The translations under genes and the position numbers were made by a program. Below are positions 60,599-64,000 of a stretch of 64,000 bases of DNA, one piece after another. The stretch lies in the NCBI GenBank assembly GCA_043228905.1, contig JBHGNT010000017.1:3844001-3908000 (forward strand), written 5' to 3'. Below the pieces are notes generated by a model. It did not search any database. It worked only from the letters and a program-made list of their open reading frames with translations, and was not told the DNA's origin. The number at the start of each line of letters is the position of its first letter. Position 1 is the stretch's first letter. Source of the DNA: Azolla caroliniana (lineage: Eukaryota; Plantae; Polypodiophyta).

Positions 60599-62165
60599 TT
60601 ATTTCCCTTTTCCAGGCTTTGAGCCTTTGGGAGGGATTTTTGATGCATCCTGACATTGTGTGAAAAGATGAATAATGAGTTTACTCATATTTACATTGAA
60701 GCAACAAGACAGATGACACACTTATAGATGCATACTAACCTTTCTACATACATAAACATAGTGCAAATCAGAGCATTCTGGTAAGACTGAAGTGTCGATA
60801 CAATAGTCATCGGTGATCGAAAAAGGATCGGTCATATCCCAAGCACATTCCTCCAATTCTCGTTTCACACCTGGTTTGGCTATGGTTAAGAAGAACAAAA
60901 TGAACAAATCCCAATAAAATAAAATAAAATAAATAAAACAGAGCGTGAAAATCCAATATTAACAGCTTAATGAATTGGTGTACACAATCACTGACTTTGC
61001 ATAGTAGTATATAATTGATTCTTACGAAGTACGTGTAGAATGACCGTCCAGTTACATCCTTCAGTTATAAGATGTGGCATGCGTATACGTGGATCACCAT
61101 ATGTAATCTGGAACGTGAAACAGTTTCAAGAGTCTGAACTTACTTTCCATAACCTAAGTGCTTTTAGCATATTTTAGATTAGAAACACGTTTTTCTTTCA
61201 CTTTTGTTGTTATCTTTGTTAGGCCCCATATGTCCTAATGTTGTTTAGATACATTCATTTATCTTCCTTTCAACTAAATTCCACATAAAATGTTTACTTA
61301 TAACAAAACCACTTACCAAGATATAAACACCACCTGGCTTAAGCACCCTAATGACATTTTAGAAGAAAAGGCATGAGTTCCGCTGCTTTAAGGTATCTAA
61401 CCACAATAAAACTTGAACAAGTTAGGTTCTGATAGTGTTTTAACACCAACCTGCGAACCTCCTCTAGCATTTTTGCTGCACTCAAATGTGCACAAGTGCC
61501 ACACTGACAACACACAGAGAAATCTCAATATGAGTTAATCTTCTTTATTGACTATGATTGCATCAATAATCAAGTAGACTCATAGGCTTACCATGAGTGA
61601 ATCGAGCATACCTGTATATACAAGCATGAATTTATTACCATCTTGCAAGTTGTTGATTTTAAAAAACAACAAAAAAAATCATATACATATGCGTATGTAT
61701 GTATATATATCTATATTATGATGATGAAACCTTCAAATTGAATCGGCATACCTTTATCAATAACAACATCAAACTCATTGTTTGTCAAAGGTGACATATC
61801 TCGAACATCCATTGTCAGATCTAAAAGTTATTCATTAAAGTAGACCTATGATCTTTTTGATGATACATTCCTTGAAAGCGAATGAATTAAGCAAGGTAAG
61901 AGAGAGACAAAACTACATGCTTTGTTGTTTCTTCTAGAAAATAAACATATCATTGCCTCTGTTCTTGTTATAAAATAAAAACACAACATATTGTTCGACT
62001 AGAACAGGATATACTGAATGGGTCGCCCATATACCAACGATGAATGGATACATTTAAGTTGAGGAAAATCTTTATATTTTGACTGCATTGCAGCAATAAC
62101 AACTGACGAGATATCAATGTTAACAATTGCACAATAGCCATTGTTCACCATATCTTCAGACATAA
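60599..62165 (-). CDS. SAM-dependent methyltransferase (EEF1AKMT4/METTL13 N-domain-like), partial. Exons 62165-62052, 61820-61752, 61611-61592, 61503-61451, 61347-61317, 61107-61026, 60879-60740, 60649-60599; 5' exons not found, probably beyond 64000
   Basis: Spliced product MSEDMVNNGY..IVNIDISSVVI..M...YLTMDVRDMS...FDVVIDKGMLDSLMCG...MLEEVRRVLKPGGVYILITYGDP..R...HYVYVCRK. All junctions are GT-AG with consistent phase. Confidence 0.9.
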
Positions 62166-62870
62166 CTGCAGATATGAAAGCACATGTATGAGAAAAAACT
62201 ATTTGGAAAGCATAATTAACCAACGGAAACATATGAGATCATCCAAATTCAGTAAGGAACAATTCCGAAATCATAAACGATCCAAATTAACAGGATCTGA
62301 ACGCCATGACTCGACAAAAGATATTTTACTCATAGGTTTGCTTTCTTGAAATTTTGACTTCTAGATTATTTCGTTTAATGCACATTTTAGTTCCATCCTT
62401 AAAGCCGTTGTGTTTGTGTATATCTCTATGATTCTCAGTTTAAGTTGAGGAAAATCTTTATATTTTGACTGCATTGCAGCAATAACAACTGACGAGATAT
62501 CAATGTTAACAATTGCACAATAGCCATTGTTCACCATATCTTCAGACATAACTGCAGATATGAAAGCACATGTATGAGAAAAAACTATTTGGAAAGCATA
62601 ATTAACCAACGGAAACATATGAGATCATCCAAATTCAGTAAGGAACAATTCCGAAATCATAAACGATCCAAATTAACAGGATCTGAACGCCATGACTCGA
62701 CAAAAGATATTTTACTCATAGGTTTGCTTTCTTGAAATTTTGACTTCTAGATTATTTCGTTTAATGCACATTTTAGTTCCATCCTTAAAGCCATTCATAT
62801 TTTTTTATCCACAAGGCATCCCACGTCCCAATGGTTGAGTTGTGTTTGTGTATATCTCTATGATTCTCAG
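62053..62870. repeat. Tandem duplication of a methyltransferase exon plus its upstream intron (copies 62053-62438 and 62439-62870)
   Basis: Near-identical sequence at a 386-bp offset. The lower copy lacks about 46 bp present at 62793-62838. Confidence 0.93.
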
Positions 62871-64000
62871 TTTTTTTCTTTTTGTGCCGACACACTCTAT
62901 CCCTTTTGGGCTGATTGCAGGATGTTTCTTCTTTTTTATGCATTTTTTTCTTTTTGTTTTCATTTATGATAATGAGAACCTTTACACCTCCCCTTCGACA
63001 AGTTACCAGTTACACCTTATTCTACTTCCTTAAAACTTGAAGTCGAGTGCATTTTTAACAAATCAGGCCCTAGGGTAGTGACATTACATATTTCTGACAA
63101 TAGTGAATTATGATCAAATTTCAGCTTCCTGTATTTGAGTCCAAACATGATAATAATCAATCACAATGCCTACTCTATTTGATCATAGATATGCACACTC
63201 CACTTGGCACTAACATTAAGTTCTAAGCAGTAATTTGTGCAAATACCACATTAACTAACAAAAATGGAGAGACAGTAAAACAAAAAATTTCAAAAGCAAG
63301 GGAAGATATTGAAAGAAATATGAAAATTTAAGAGTTCCTATCCCTTTCAGCAAGCTCGATAGAAGAATTATAGATGAAATTCTAGCATTTTGCTAGTGTG
63401 AAACATCAGATCATCAATCCATTTTCTCTCTCGGATGCAGTAGCCTCATCAAATGGGCCTTAAAATTCAACTGGCATGCATTTCAATACCTTATGGCGTC
63501 CTTGTAAGTAATCCTTTACAATAATGTCTACCACAACCTCTAAAGATGATGGTTTAAATCACATGTGTTTCAATACCTTGTCCATATCATCATAGATGAA
63601 ATTCTATGACTGTCTTCTACCACAGCCTCTAAAGATGATGCCCTCATCGAAGGATCAAACATTTCTATCAACTTTGTAATAAAGATATAGTCAAGTTACA
63701 AAACTCAGCATATGCAACAAATATCGCCTATCTTAAGAGTAAAAATTTCCACCAAGAGATGGCACAAAGAAGACAAATATTAAACCTACAAAAGCTCCAT
63801 TTACTAAGCCAAAAAAGAAGGCATTTGATTAAAAGAAGAAAACAGAGTCATAAGATCAAGAAATTGCAATAAAGAGGTCAATTCATTGACTGCATACATT
63901 TCAAAAGCTGAAAAACGATAGATTTCAGCAAAGTTCATCATAAAACTCATAGCATTTACGATCAAATAATGGAACAAAAGAAAGCTACTACACATTTGGA

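Noticed and set aside
63526-63640. Short direct repeat TCTACCACA.CCTCTAAAGATGATG; similar short repeat at 18895-18965
   Set aside because: Two-copy local duplications in non-coding DNA with no further structure.

Overview
AT-rich, repeat-dense plant nuclear DNA, probably from a non-seed vascular plant such as a fern (inferred, not proven). Host genes: a tRNA-Asp(GTC) at 8186-8257, a complete 5-exon Aux/IAA gene (- strand, 9187-10838), and the last 8 exons of a SAM-dependent methyltransferase gene (- strand, 60599-62165) whose first visible exon is tandemly duplicated. The rest is mostly transposable elements. The left end holds L1-type and RTEX-like LINE fragments and a hAT MITE. From about 19 to 58 kb is a nested cluster: a chromovirus with a solo LTR, at least six Ty1/copia insertions (one nearly intact, 50630-56049), an old Ty3-like element with a tRNA-Trp PBS, and a Sola1-like DDD transposase. 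Best leads: (1) the chromovirus lacks a recognisable tRNA PBS and looks Tf1-style self-priming; (2) the transposase carries a C-terminal BAH/Tudor-like module; (3) one copia lineage shows an apparent capsid swap; (4) TATA boxes sit inside inverted repeats in several copia families; (5) strong family-specific CCGG versus TCGA bias; (6) two copia elements inserted with overlapping target sites just behind a PBS. All coordinates and counts were read by eye; no searches were run.
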